Of a stretch of DNA of 64,000 nt, positions 1 to 10,538 are shown piece by piece. Made by a program: the position numbers and the translations under genes. Source of the DNA: an uncultured Actinomycetes bacterium. Its GTDB lineage: Bacteria; Actinomycetota; UBA4738; HRBIN12. The stretch lies in NCBI GenBank assembly GCA_963821935.1, contig CAWGFM010000002.1, forward strand, positions 230,949 through 294,948, in the 5' to 3' direction. The notes under the pieces were generated by a model. That model saw only the letters and a list, made by a program, of their open reading frames with translations. It was not told where the DNA came from and did no database searches. The first letter of the stretch is position 1. The number at the start of each line of letters is the position of its first letter.

Positions 1-128
1 CCGGCGTCGCGTTCGAGCACCCGATCACGGGGGAGCGGATCGAGCTGTCCGAACCCCTGCCCGACGACCTGGGCCGGGCGCTCGAGCTGGCGCGCGCCGA
101 GGGCGAACGTCGCCACCTGCAACCTTGA
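1..128 (+). CDS. RluA/RluD-family pseudouridine synthase, C-terminal fragment (the gene starts upstream of the window)
   Basis: Frame 3 reads GVAFEHPITGERIELSEPLPDDLGRALELARAEGERRHLQP with a TGA stop at 126-128. The HPxTGE and PLPxDL motifs are typical of the RluD C-terminus. The rluD-dnaE neighbourhood is conserved in Actinobacteria. Confidence 0.55.
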   Translation, partial: GVAFEHPITGERIELSEPLPDDLGRALELARAEGERRHLQP

Positions 129-242
129 CGCTGCCCTGGCCCGGGCGTACCGTGACCTCCCCGCGAATCACAACGATGTAAGTTCTCCACATCTGCGTCC
201 GCGGGTGTGGAAAACCTCCCCGAGGAGGCCTGAGCAGCGGCG

Positions 243-3200
243 ATGACCGACCCCACCCCCGGCAACCGGGCGAGCGATTTCGTCCACCTGCACGTCCATT
301 CCGAGTACTCGTTGCTGGACGGCGCCGCGCGCATCGATCCTCCGAAAGCTAACCCCGGTGCGCCCACGATCTTCAGCGAGGCGGCCCGCTTGGGCATGTC
401 CGCGGTGGCGGTCACCGACCACGGCTCCATGTTCAGCGCGCTGCCGTTCTTCGAAGCGGGACGCCGAGCGGGTATCAAGCCGATCCTGGGGGTCGAGGCC
501 TACGTGGCCCCCGGGTCTCGCTTCGATCGAAACCCCGGCGAGAGCCAGGAGAAGTACTACCACCTCACCCTGCTGGCCCAGGACGAGACGGGCTATCGCA
601 ACCTGCTCAAGCTGGTCAGCCTGGCGCATCTCGAGGGCTTCTACCACCGCCCTCGCATGGACAAGCAGATCATGGCCGAGCACTCGGCCGGCCTCATCTG
701 TCTGTCGGGCTGCTTGTCCAGCGAGACCTCGGTGGCGCTGCTCAACGGCCGAGACGACAAGGCCGCCGCGATCGCCGGGGAGTACCGCGACATCTTCGGG
801 GCCGACAACTACTTCATCGAGCTCCAGGACCACGGCATCGACGATCAACGCACGATCCTGCAGCGCCAGATCCAGCTCGCGCGTTCGGTCGGCGTCCCGC
901 TCGTGGCCACCAACGATCTGCACTACACCTTGAAGGAAGACGCCAAACCGCACGACGTGCTGCTGTGCATCCAGCAGCAGAAGGTGCAGACCGACACCAA
1001 GCGTCTGCGGTTCGACTCGGAGGAGTTCTATCTCAAGAGCGCGGAAGAGATGCGCGAGGTCTTCCGCGAGCTCCCCGAAGCCTGCGACAACACCCTGGCC
1101 ATCGCTGAGCGCTGCGAGTTGGATCTGGTGTACGGCGATCGCGCGCCGGCCGATCAGCGCTATCACCTGCCGCGATTCGACACGCCCGGTGGACTCGACC
1201 GCGACACGTACCTTCGCCAGCTGGTCGACGAGGGCGCGGCGGCGCGCTACGACCAGATCACGCCCGAGATCCGCGAGCGTATCGACACGGAGCTCGGGGT
1301 CATCACGTCGATGGGCTTCGGTGGCTACTTCCTCATCGTGTGGGACCTGATCCGCCACGCACGTGAGCACGGCATCCGGGTGGGGCCCGGTCGTGGCAGT
1401 GCCGCGGGCTCGGTCGTGTCCTACTGCCTTCGCATCACCGACCTCGATCCACTGCGCTACGGCCTGCTGTTCGAGCGATTCCTCAACCCCGATCGCGTGC
1501 AGATGCCCGACATCGACATGGACTTCGACGAGCGTCGCCGTGACGAGGTGATCCGGTACGCCACCGAGAAGTACGGGTCGGACCACGTGGCCCAGATCGT
1601 CACGTTCCAGACGATCAAGGGCAAGCAAGGCATCCGTGACGCGGCCCGGGTCTTGGGGTTCCCGCCGGTGGTGGGGGACCGGCTCTGCAAGATGTACCCC
1701 CCCGCGATCATGGGCCGCGACTATCCCATCGAGGATGCGCTGAAGCTCTCGCCCGACCTGGCGGCTGCCTACGAGAAGGAGCCTGAAGCCAAGGAGATCG
1801 TCGAGACGGCGCGAGCGTTGGAGGGCCTTCGCCGCGAGGACTCGGTGCACGCAGCCGGGGTCGTCATCGGCGACGCACCGCTCGTCAACTACCTGCCCCT
1901 GAAGCTCTCGAAGGACTCACGCGACGATTCCAAGCGGATCGTGACCCAGTTCGACATGAACGGGGTCGAGGCGCTGGGCCTGCTCAAGATGGACTTCCTG
2001 GGGCTGCGGAACCTGTCGGTGATCGAGGACACCCTGCGGCATCTGCGAGCGCGGGGGGTCGAGCTCGACATCGACAACGTGGCGCTCGACGACGAGACCA
2101 CCTACCGAATGCTCCAGCGCGCAGAGACCACCGGGGTGTTCCAGATGGAATCGGCCGGCATGCGTCAGCTCATCAAGGTGCTCGAACCCGATCGCTTCGA
2201 AGACCTCATGGCGCTCGTGGCGCTGTACCGGCCCGGTCCCCTCAACAGCGGCATGCACACGGAGTACGCCGAACGCAAGCACGGCCGGCGCAAGGTCACC
2301 TATCCCCACGAGGACCTGGCGCCGATCCTGAAGGACACCTACGGCGTCATGATCTACCAGGAACAGGTCATGCAGGTCGCGGTGGCGCTGGCGGGCTTCT
2401 CCATGGGCGAGGCCGACACGCTCCGCAAGGCGATGGGCAAGAAGCAGCTCGAGGTCCTCATGCCCTTCAAGGAGAAGTTCATCGCGGGCGCGGTGGACAA
2501 GGGGTATGACCGCCGGCTCGCCGCGGACGTGTTCGACATGATCGTGCCGTTCGCCGACTACGGGTTCAACGCATCACACGCCTGCGCGTACGGGCTGGTC
2601 GCCTACCAGACCGCCTACCTCATGGCGCACCACCCCGTCGAGTACATGGCGTCGGTGCTCACGTCGGTCAAGGACGACAAGGACCGCAAGCCGTACTACC
2701 TGTACGCGTGCCGGGGCATGGACATCAACGTGCTCCCACCCGACGTCAACGAGTCCGAGCTGGACTTCGCGCCGGCTCCGGGCGATGCACCGGCGATCCG
2801 CTACGGGCTCTCGGCGGTCCGCAACGTCGGCGAGGGCGCCGTCATCAAGATCATCGAGGCGCGCCGTGCCGACGGCGCCTTCACCTCGTTCGCCGACTTC
2901 TGCCGCTCGGTCGACCCGTCGGTGCTCACCAAGCGGGTGCTCGAGGCCCTGGTGCAGGCCGGTGCCTTCGACTCGCTCGGCTACACGAGGGCAGGCTTGT
3001 TCGAGAACCACGACAAGGTCTCGGCGCCCATCGTGGCCGAGCGGAAGGCGGAGGCCGCCGGGCAGTTCTCGTTGTTCGGAGGCGGGCGACGACGGCGCCG
3101 GTGCCAGCGAGATCGACGAGTCGGTCCTGCAGGGTCAGGAGTTCGACAAGCGAACGCTGCTTCGTCTGGAGAAGGAGATGTTGGGCCAGTTCGTCACCGA

Positions 3201-3834
3201 TCACCCGCTCCTGGAGGTGAAGGAGGTGCTGGCGTCCCAGTGCTCGCACGAGATCACCGAGCTCTCCACGCTGGGTGACGGCGACCTCGTCACGCTGGGC
3301 GGCATCATCGGGTCGGTGGCGCGCAAGTACACGAAGCGAGGGGAACCGTACGCGCAGTTCCGTCTCGAGGGTCTGGCCGCCGGGGTGGGGGTGGTGGCCT
3401 TCCCCAACGTGTACGAGGCGGTGCCCGGCCTCATCGAGCCCGATCGCATCGTGCTGGCCGTGGGCCGCATCGACCTGCGAGGGCGTGAGCTGCAGATCCG
3501 TGCCAACGAGGTGCGGGAGCCACGCCTGGGGTCGGCCGCCCCGCAACTGGTACGCCCCGAGGCGCTCGTGGTGGACCTGCCGGCCGCCGCGTGCACGCCG
3601 GCCGTGCTGGCGAAACTGAAGGACGAGTTCGAGACGCACCCGGGTGGCACGCCCGTTCGGGTGCGGTTCCTGTCCAGCGACGGGGTCACCCCGCTGCAGG
3701 TCGGGTCGTTCCGGGTCAACACGACCGGTCAGCTCCTGGGTGCGCTCACGTCGCTGCTCGGCTCGGGAGCCGCCAGGGTGGAGCCGGAGCAGACACCCGA
3801 GGAGGCCGTGGCTCACTCGTCCACGATGGACTAG
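243..3834 (+). CDS. dnaE: DNA polymerase III alpha subunit (DnaE1), interrupted by one apparent +1 frameshift near 3084
   Basis: ATG at 243. The N-terminus FVHLHVHSEYSLLDGAARI is the PHP domain. The ORF beginning at 243 carries DnaE motifs throughout but ends at 3278. The C-terminal 250 aa (EFDKRTLLRLEKEMLGQFVTDHPL... to the TAG at 3832-3834) is in the +1 frame. The frame switch lies inside GGCGGGCGAC at 3081-3090. Deleting one G gives SLFGGGDDGAGASEIDESVLQ and a continuous protein of about 1196 aa. Confidence 0.93.
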
Positions 3835-4451
3835 TTAGGGTTCACATCGAACCGGGTTCCCCCCACGCTGGCGCCCAGCGACCGCAGCAGGGCGGTCTCC
3901 CGCTTGAACGTGTCGCGCACCGCGCGCAGCCGTTCGCCTGCCCCGGGCCTCTCCAGCAGCGCCTGGCGGTCCGGCAGCATGCCCGGCGTGGCGGCCGCCA
4001 AGCTCCAGCTGGCCGCGACCGGGTCGTGCGGCACGGCGGGCGCTTCGACGGTCTCGCCGGCGGCGGCCAGATAGGCGATCGCCGCTGCCAGCGCCGCCTC
4101 GACGTCATCGGTGCCGGCCCCGCCCTCGTCCGGGAATGGCTCCACCGACCATGCGGGGTAGGGGGTCTCGGAGGTCTGCGCGATCAACGCCACCCGGTCG
4201 GTCGCCCTGACCCGGACCAGGCGCGTGTCGTCGGGAAGCGGCTCGTGGTCCTCCACCTGCACGGTCACCCCGACGCGATTGGCCTGGTAGCCGCCGCCCA
4301 CCTCCTGCCCCTCCCTGATCGCCACGATCACGAACGGGCCGTGCGGCAGGATCGCCTCCATCATCGCCAGATAGCGGGCCTCGAAGACCCGCAGGTCCAT
4401 GCGCTGCAGCGGAAACAGCACCGTGTGCAGGGCGAACACCGGAAGATCCAC
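3831..4451 (-). CDS. LON N-terminal (substrate-binding, PUA-like) domain protein, standalone, about 206 aa
   Basis: Only the C-terminal third of the 608-aa ORF is convincing: VDLPVFALHTVLFPLQRMDLRVFEARYLAMMEAILPHGPFVIVAIREGQE... is a Lon N-domain signature (LPLFPL..VLFPG..L.IFEPRY). The upstream part of the ORF runs antisense to the clearly real livK and is GC-frame noise. A GTG start at 4451 with GGAG upstream is the nearest plausible start. The gene is convergent with dnaE and overlaps it by 4 nt. Confidence 0.6.
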   Translation of the reverse strand: MDLPVFALHTVLFPLQRMDLRVFEARYLAMMEAILPHGPFVIVAIREGQEVGGGYQANRVGVTVQVEDHEPLPDDTRLVRVRATDRVALIAQTSETPYPAWSVEPFPDEGGAGTDDVEAALAAAIAYLAAAGETVEAPAVPHDPVAASWSLAAATPGMLPDRQALLERPGAGERLRAVRDTFKRETALLRSLGASVGGTRFDVNPN

Positions 4452-4595
4452 CCCGTCATGATGCCACTCCGTGGCGCCATCCCCTGGCTCGTGAACGACG
4501 TATGGGTAGGGGACTGGTCCTGTCGGGCGATTGGCCTCGACCGCTCGGATGTGATACCAACCGGGCGATACAGGGGCTAGGAGAGAGGGGGCACC

Positions 4596-5933
4596 ATGAA
4601 GCACCGAAAGCTGCTCACGATGCTGGCCATCGTGAGCTCGCTCGCATTGGTCGCGAGCGCGTGTTCCAACGACGATGACGGAGGTGGCGGGACCGGAGAG
4701 ACCGGGGCCACCGGGTCGGGCGAGGTCGATTGCACCACGGTGGAGTTCGGTTGTGTCGAGGTGGCATCGGGTGAGCCGATCTCGATCGGCACGCTCCAGT
4801 CCATCAGCGGTGACACCAGGAACCTTGGTCTCGACCAGCAGTACGGGGTCGAGCTCGCCGCCGACTACCTGGACAGCACGTTCGACGGGACCAACGGCCA
4901 GATCGCCGGTCACGACATCGACTTCGTGCACGAGGACGACGGCTGTTCCGCCGAGGGCGGACAGGCGGGCGCGCAGATCCTGGCTGCCAACCCACAGGTC
5001 GTCGCGGTCATCGGCACCAGCTGCTCGAGCGCGTCGCTCGGCATCGCGGACAAGATCCTGGCAGGCGAGAAGGGGATCCTCACCATGTCGTCGTCGGCGA
5101 CGAACCCCGCGTTGACGACAGCCGGAACCCACGTGCCCGGCTACTTCCGAACCGCGCACAACGACCGGATCCAGGCCGCGGTCGTGTCCCACTTCGCGGC
5201 GGAGGAACTGGGCGCGACGACCGCCGTCACCATCCACGACGAGAGCCCATACACCCAGGGTCTCACCGACGGCTTCTCGGCTAACTTCGAGGAAAGTGGC
5301 GGCACGATGATGTCCGACGAGGCGATCAACAGCGCCGACAAGGACTTCAAGTCGCTGCTGACCCAGATCGCACAGGACGCGCCCGACGTGATCTATGCGC
5401 CCGACTTCAACCCCGCCTGCGCCCTGATCGCGAAGCAGAAGGCCACGACGAGCGGCCTGGAGGACACCATCCTGCTGGGCTCGGACGGTTGCTCGGACGC
5501 CACGTACACCGAGATAGCGGGCGATTCTGCCAACGGTGTCTTCCTGTCCGGTCCGGACCTGACCGCGTTCTCCGGCGGCGACTTCTACTCCAACGAGTTC
5601 GTGCCTGCGTATGAGGAAAAGGTCGGCTCCGCACCGATCTCGGTGTTTCACGCTCACGCGTTCGACGCGCTGAACATCTTGGCGCAGTCGATCGAGGCGG
5701 TCGCCATCGACAACGGCGACGGTTCGCTGACGATCCCGCGCCAGGCGCTGATCGACGAGGTCGAAGCCGTCGAAGGCTATGAAGGCGTCATCGGCACGCT
5801 CACGTGCACCGAGGACGGTGACTGCGCAACATCGGTCACGATCGGTGTCTACGAGGTGCCCGACGTTGGATTCCTCGACCCTGCGGCCAAGCCGGTCTTC
5901 ACCGAGACCTTGACGCTGGAAGAAGTCGCCTAA
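4596..5933 (+). CDS. livK: Branched-chain amino-acid ABC transporter substrate-binding lipoprotein (LivK/LivJ type-I binding-protein family)
   Basis: RBS GGAGAGAGGGGG precedes the ATG at 4596. Signal peptide plus lipobox: MKHRKLLTMLAIVSSLALVASAC. Length 445 aa. It heads an operon with livHMGF. Confidence 0.9.
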   Translation: MKHRKLLTMLAIVSSLALVASACSNDDDGGGGTGETGATGSGEVDCTTVEFGCVEVASGEPISIGTLQSISGDTRNLGLDQQYGVELAADYLDSTFDGTNGQIAGHDIDFVHEDDGCSAEGGQAGAQILAANPQVVAVIGTSCSSASLGIADKILAGEKGILTMSSSATNPALTTAGTHVPGYFRTAHNDRIQAAVVSHFAAEELGATTAVTIHDESPYTQGLTDGFSANFEESGGTMMSDEAINSADKDFKSLLTQIAQDAPDVIYAPDFNPACALIAKQKATTSGLEDTILLGSDGCSDATYTEIAGDSANGVFLSGPDLTAFSGGDFYSNEFVPAYEEKVGSAPISVFHAHAFDALNILAQSIEAVAIDNGDGSLTIPRQALIDEVEAVEGYEGVIGTLTCTEDGDCATSVTIGVYEVPDVGFLDPAAKPVFTETLTLEEVA

Positions 5934-6014
5934 CAGCGGCGAAGATGACGGAACCGCGGGCGGGGCGAACCAGCCCCGCCCGCGGTCTCCGTGTCACGAC
6001 GCGGTAGGGGGAGC

Positions 6015-7118
6015 ATGGCCAACGACGCGGCACCGGCCTCAACCGGCGGGCGTTCGCTCGGCCGGCTCGAACGCCTCCCCACCCGCAAGATCGTCCTCAC
6101 CATCCTCACGGTCGCGATCTTCGTGGTGGTCGGCGGGGGCATCTTCAAGACGTTCACGCTGCCTGCCGGCGAGCGACCGGGATTCGCGTTCCTGGCCAAC
6201 CTGTTCGTGATCGGCCTGGCCCTGGGGTCGGTCTACGCGCTGATCGCGCTCGGCTACAGCCTCGTCTATGGCATCTTGCGCATGATCAACTTCGCCCACG
6301 GGGAGGTGTTCATGTTCGGGGCGTTCGCATCGTTCTTCTTCGCGAGCGCCTATTCCCGGAGCGGCTTCCTCAACAGCCAGCCCATCATCGCGCTCGCGAT
6401 CCTGTTCGTGTCGGGCATCGTGGTTTCGGTCGGGGTGGCGGTGCTGCTGGAACGGGTCGCCTACCGCCCGCTGCGCAACGCGCCCAGGCTGGTGCCGCTC
6501 ATCACCGCGATCGGTGCGTCGTTGTTCCTGCAGAACAGCGCGCAGGGATTCTTCGGCTCGCAAACTCGGGGCTACCCGCGTCCCTCGTTCCTGGAGGGAA
6601 GCATCACGATCGGCAGCGTCAGCTTCGACAAGATCGTTCCGGTCGTCGTCGTCACCTCGATCGTGGTGATGGTGGTGCTCGAGCTGTTCGTGCAACGCAC
6701 GCGGACCGGCAAGTCGATGCGTGCGGTCGCCCAGGATCGCGAGATCGCGAGCCTCATGGGTATCGATGTCGATCGCGTGGTGGTGATCACGTTCATCATC
6801 GGCGGCACGCTGGCAGGCATCGCCGGTGTGCTCTACGCGCTGACCTTCGGCGTCGTGGGGGCCACCATGGGGTTCCTACCCGGTATCGCCGCGTTCACCG
6901 CGGCCGTGCTGGGCGGCATCGGCAGCATCCCGGGGGCCGCGATCGGCGGCTTGTCGCTGGGCATCGCCGAATCGGTGGGCCCGATCCTGCTCCTCAGCGG
7001 CTTCAATGTCCCCTCACCGTTCGAGCTGCGCGGCGTCGTGACGTTCTCGATCCTGGTGCTCGTCTTGATCTTCCGCCCGGGCGGGATCATGGGTACGGGC
7101 GAGGCGGAGAAGGTCTGA
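6015..7118 (+). CDS. livH: Branched-chain amino-acid ABC transporter permease LivH
   Basis: ATG at 6015 is preceded by GTAGGGGGAG. The protein is multi-TM with LivH-type motifs (LIALGYSLVYGILRMINFAHGEVFMFGAF). The stop TGA at 7116-7118 overlaps the next start (ATGA). Confidence 0.88.
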   Translation: MANDAAPASTGGRSLGRLERLPTRKIVLTILTVAIFVVVGGGIFKTFTLPAGERPGFAFLANLFVIGLALGSVYALIALGYSLVYGILRMINFAHGEVFMFGAFASFFFASAYSRSGFLNSQPIIALAILFVSGIVVSVGVAVLLERVAYRPLRNAPRLVPLITAIGASLFLQNSAQGFFGSQTRGYPRPSFLEGSITIGSVSFDKIVPVVVVTSIVVMVVLELFVQRTRTGKSMRAVAQDREIASLMGIDVDRVVVITFIIGGTLAGIAGVLYALTFGVVGATMGFLPGIAAFTAAVLGGIGSIPGAAIGGLSLGIAESVGPILLLSGFNVPSPFELRGVVTFSILVLVLIFRPGGIMGTGEAEKV

Positions 7119-9007
7119 TGCACGGCGACACGATCAAGCTGGCGGTCCGCGTGGGTGCCATCGCTGGCCTCGTCGTGTGGTTCCTGACGCTCGTCGGCAT
7201 GATCGAGAGGCTCTCGGACCTATCGATCATCGGCACCGGTCTCACGATGGACCAGGTCCTGATCTTCCTGCCCTCGGCCCTGGGCGGCTGGGTCGCCGTT
7301 CGCCCTCGCGTGGTCGCCGGCGAGCTCGTGTCGTTGTCGACGGTGTCCGCGCTGGTCGCCGGCCTGGCCGCCGGCCTGGCCGCCGGCGTCGTGGTCGCGG
7401 TCGGCCTCGGCATCGTCAACCTGATCGGTCCGGAATCGGTCCGGACAGTCTTCATCTCTATCTCACCGGCGACCTTGGACCAGCTGTACCTCGGGTTGGA
7501 GCCGCTGGTGGGCACCGCCGTGCTCGTGATCGGGATGACCGCGCTCGGGGGGGCCGCGGGTGCACTTCGGAGCCTGCCGGCATCGATCCACCGCCCGGTG
7601 GTGGCGGGTCTGGCCGGGGTCGTGGCCATGGCGCTGCTGGAGCGCGTGGTCGCCCCCGCATTCGACCAGACGGGCATCGAGAAGGACTGGCTCTACTCGA
7701 AGGCCAAGGGCGGGCTCGAGCTGACGGGGGCGATCGTGACCTTCGTGGTGGTCGCCGCGATCGTGCGGTTCGCGGTGCCCACGAAGCTCCACCGCATCCT
7801 ACTGCCGGGCCGATCGCACGACCCCGTGGCGGCGGCGGTGCAGACCGAACCGGTCACCCACGGCGCGGACGGGGTCGCCGATCGTGAAGACTCCGAGGGC
7901 GACGGGCACCCGTTGGATCGCAGGCTCACCGCTCGGGGCCTCCAGATCATCGCGTGGCTCGTGATCGCCGGTCTGCTCGCATGGTTGCCCTACCTCGTCG
8001 GGCCCGTGGTCTCCCGCATCCTGGGGTTGGTGGGCATCTATCTGCTGCTGGGTCTCGGGTTGAACATCGTGGTGGGTTACGCCGGGCTGCTCGACCTCGG
8101 GTACGTGGCGTTCTTCGCGGTGGGTGCGTACTTCACCGCGATCCTCACCGGCGGCCAACGTGTGACGTTCCTGGGGTTCCGCCCGCCCGCGTTCGGCGCC
8201 GATCTGGACTTCTTCGTGGCCCTGCCGATCGTGGTAGCCATCGCAGCCTTCATCGGTGTGTTGATCGGCGCACCGGTGCTGCGTCTTCGTGGGGACTACC
8301 TCGCGATCGTCACCCTGGGCTTCGGAGAGATCGCCCGGGTGATCTTCGGATCCACGTGGGCGGAAGGCCTGTTCGGTGGAGCGCTGGGCATGAGCGCCAT
8401 CACGAACGCGCGGATCCCCGGGACGTCATACGAGTTCCAGAGCGACCCCGCCCACTTCTATTACCTGGTCCTTGCCTTCTGTCTGTTCGCCATCTTCGTG
8501 TCGTGGCGTCTGCAGATGTCCCGGATCGGCCGGGCATGGAACGCGATGCGTGAGGACGAGCAGGTCGCCGACGCGATGGGCATCTCCACGACGCGGTACA
8601 AGCTGCTGGCGTTCGCCATGGGCGGCGCGATCGGGTCCTTGGGCGGTGCGTTGTTCGCGGTGAGCCTGGGATCGCTGACGATCGCCAGCTTCCGGATCCT
8701 GGTCTCGATCACGGCGCTGGCGGTCATCATCCTGGGCGGCCTCGGCTCGATCCCCGGTGTCATCGTGGGCGCCCTGGTGCTGATCGGGCTGCCCGGACTG
8801 CTCACGCAGTTCGAGGACTTCCGGTTGCTGATCTACGGAGCCACGCTGATCGCCGTCATGTTGCTGCGGCCGCAGGGCCTGATCCCCAATGTGCGCAGGA
8901 GCCGCGAGCTGCAGGAGGACGAGCGGACGCAGGACCAGTGGGCAAAACACATGCTGGAAGCCGACGCCACCGATGCGCCCCAGCCCGCCCAAGGGGGCAT
9001 CTCGTGA
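7118..9007 (+). CDS. livM: Branched-chain amino-acid ABC transporter permease LivM with an unusual N-terminal multi-TM extension of about 270 aa
   Basis: The C-terminal 350 aa carries the LivM signature (IYLLLGLGLNIVVGYAGLLDLGYVAFFAVGAY). The N-terminal 270 aa is hydrophobic with about six TM helices. It forms a single ORF of 629 aa. Confidence 0.85.
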   Translation: MHGDTIKLAVRVGAIAGLVVWFLTLVGMIERLSDLSIIGTGLTMDQVLIFLPSALGGWVAVRPRVVAGELVSLSTVSALVAGLAAGLAAGVVVAVGLGIVNLIGPESVRTVFISISPATLDQLYLGLEPLVGTAVLVIGMTALGGAAGALRSLPASIHRPVVAGLAGVVAMALLERVVAPAFDQTGIEKDWLYSKAKGGLELTGAIVTFVVVAAIVRFAVPTKLHRILLPGRSHDPVAAAVQTEPVTHGADGVADREDSEGDGHPLDRRLTARGLQIIAWLVIAGLLAWLPYLVGPVVSRILGLVGIYLLLGLGLNIVVGYAGLLDLGYVAFFAVGAYFTAILTGGQRVTFLGFRPPAFGADLDFFVALPIVVAIAAFIGVLIGAPVLRLRGDYLAIVTLGFGEIARVIFGSTWAEGLFGGALGMSAITNARIPGTSYEFQSDPAHFYYLVLAFCLFAIFVSWRLQMSRIGRAWNAMREDEQVADAMGISTTRYKLLAFAMGGAIGSLGGALFAVSLGSLTIASFRILVSITALAVIILGGLGSIPGVIVGALVLIGLPGLLTQFEDFRLLIYGATLIAVMLLRPQGLIPNVRRSRELQEDERTQDQWAKHMLEADATDAPQPAQGGIS

Positions 9008-9786
9008 GCGCCCTGCTGGAGGTCGCAGGCGTCTCGAAGCACTTCGGTGGCCTGTACGCGCTCAACGAGCTCGAGCTCCACGTCGACCAACACGAGATCG
9101 TGTCGGTGATCGGGCCCAACGGCGCCGGCAAGAGCACGGTCTTCAACGTCATCACGGGCTTGTACACACCGGACGCCGGCGACGTGGTGTTCCGGGGCGA
9201 TTCGGTGCTGGGCAGGTTGCCGAGCCAGGTGACGACGCTGGGCATCGCGCGCACGTTCCAGAACGTGAAGCTGTTCCCCAACATGACCGTGCTGGAGAAC
9301 GCCATGGTGGGCCAGCACTGCCGGACCAAGGCCGGGGTGTTCGGGGCCCTCCTCCGCACGCCCGCCACCCGGCGCGAGGAGCTGGCGATCCGGGAACGTG
9401 CGGCGGAAGCGTTGGGCTTCTTCGGCACCCGGCTGTCGGGCTACCGCCAGGATCAGCTGGCCAGCGTGCTCTCTTACGCCAACCGTCGGCGATTGGAGAT
9501 GGCCAGGGCCATGGCCACCGACCCCGAGCTGCTGTTGCTCGACGAGCCCACCGCCGGCATGAACCCGCGCGAGACCTTGGAGCTGCGCGATCACATCGTG
9601 CGCATGCGCGACGAGCGAGGGATCACGATCCTGGTGATCGAGCACGACATGCGTGTGGTCAAGGGCGTGTCCGACCGCGTCGTCGCCATGGACTACGGAC
9701 AGAAGATCGCGGAGGGCACCTACGAAGAGGTGGCGCACGACGAGCACGTCATCGAGGCCTACCTGGGCACCAAAGCCGCGGGATGA
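9004..9786 (+). CDS. livG: Branched-chain amino-acid ABC transporter ATP-binding protein LivG
   Basis: GTG at 9004 overlaps the livM stop. Walker A GPNGAGKST. The LivG-type N-terminus is LLEVAGVSKHFGGLYALNELEL. Confidence 0.88.
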   Translation: MSALLEVAGVSKHFGGLYALNELELHVDQHEIVSVIGPNGAGKSTVFNVITGLYTPDAGDVVFRGDSVLGRLPSQVTTLGIARTFQNVKLFPNMTVLENAMVGQHCRTKAGVFGALLRTPATRREELAIRERAAEALGFFGTRLSGYRQDQLASVLSYANRRRLEMARAMATDPELLLLDEPTAGMNPRETLELRDHIVRMRDERGITILVIEHDMRVVKGVSDRVVAMDYGQKIAEGTYEEVAHDEHVIEAYLGTKAAG

Positions 9787-10538
9787 GCGACGCCGAGCCG
9801 GCATCCGATGGCACCACGCAGGGCAAGCCGGTCCTGGAACTTCGCAACGTCAGCACCCACTACGGCATGGTCTCGGTGTTGCGGAACGTCGACATGGAGA
9901 TCTACGAGGGCGAGATGGTGTGCCTGCTCGGCGGCAACGCCAGCGGTAAGACCACGACGCTGAAGACGATCCTGGGGTACGTGGTTCCGTCCGAGGGCGA
10001 GGTCGTGCTGGACGGTGACGTCGTGAGCGGCCGGTCCACGACCGAGATCGTGCGGCGGGGCGTTTCCATGGTGCCCGAGAACCGGCGACTCTTCTCCGAC
10101 ATGACCGTGTCGGAGAACCTCGACATGGGCGCGTTCCAGCGGACCGATCCCGACGGAGCCGAGCGCGATCGCGAGCAGGTGCTGGAGATGTTCCCGCGGG
10201 TACGCGAGCGGTTGAAGCAGAAGGCCGGCACCCTGTCCGGCGGCGAGCAACAGATGGTGGCCATGGGCCGGGCGTTGATGGCCGACCCGAAGGTGCTCTT
10301 GATGGACGAGCCGTCCATGGGGCTGGCGCCGGTGCTGGTCGACCAGGTCTTCGAGATCATCCAGTCGATCCGCGCGCTGGGGCGCACGGTGTTCGTGGTC
10401 GAACAGAACGCGAACATGGCGTTGTCGATCGCCGACCGGGGCTACGTCATCCAGACGGGCGAGGTGGTGTTGGCCGACACGGCCCAGAACCTCCTCGAGA
10501 ACCCGCTGATGCGCGAGGCATACCTGGGTGAGCTCTGA
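9783..10538 (+). CDS. livF: Branched-chain amino-acid ABC transporter ATP-binding protein LivF
   Basis: ATG at 9783 forms an ATGA overlap with the livG stop. Walker A GGNASGKTT. LSGGEQQM signature motif. The upstream part of the long ORF 8889..10538 is an out-of-frame artefact. Confidence 0.88.
   Translation: MSDAEPASDGTTQGKPVLELRNVSTHYGMVSVLRNVDMEIYEGEMVCLLGGNASGKTTTLKTILGYVVPSEGEVVLDGDVVSGRSTTEIVRRGVSMVPENRRLFSDMTVSENLDMGAFQRTDPDGAERDREQVLEMFPRVRERLKQKAGTLSGGEQQMVAMGRALMADPKVLLMDEPSMGLAPVLVDQVFEIIQSIRALGRTVFVVEQNANMALSIADRGYVIQTGEVVLADTAQNLLENPLMREAYLGEL

Noticed and set aside
168-1850. 560-aa minus-strand ORF antisense to dnaE
   Set aside because: It lies entirely inside the well-supported dnaE frame. 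Its Arg/Gly/Leu-rich composition is typical of antisense frames in GC-rich DNA. No start context or motifs.
3831-5657. 608-aa minus-strand ORF taken at full length
   Set aside because: The upstream two-thirds overlaps the unambiguous livK lipoprotein gene on the other strand. Only the C-terminal roughly 206 aa (Lon-N domain) is credible.
8889-10538. 549-aa plus-strand ORF spanning livG and livF
   Set aside because: Only the last 251 codons (livF) are real. The upstream part is an alternative frame of livM/livG with no features.
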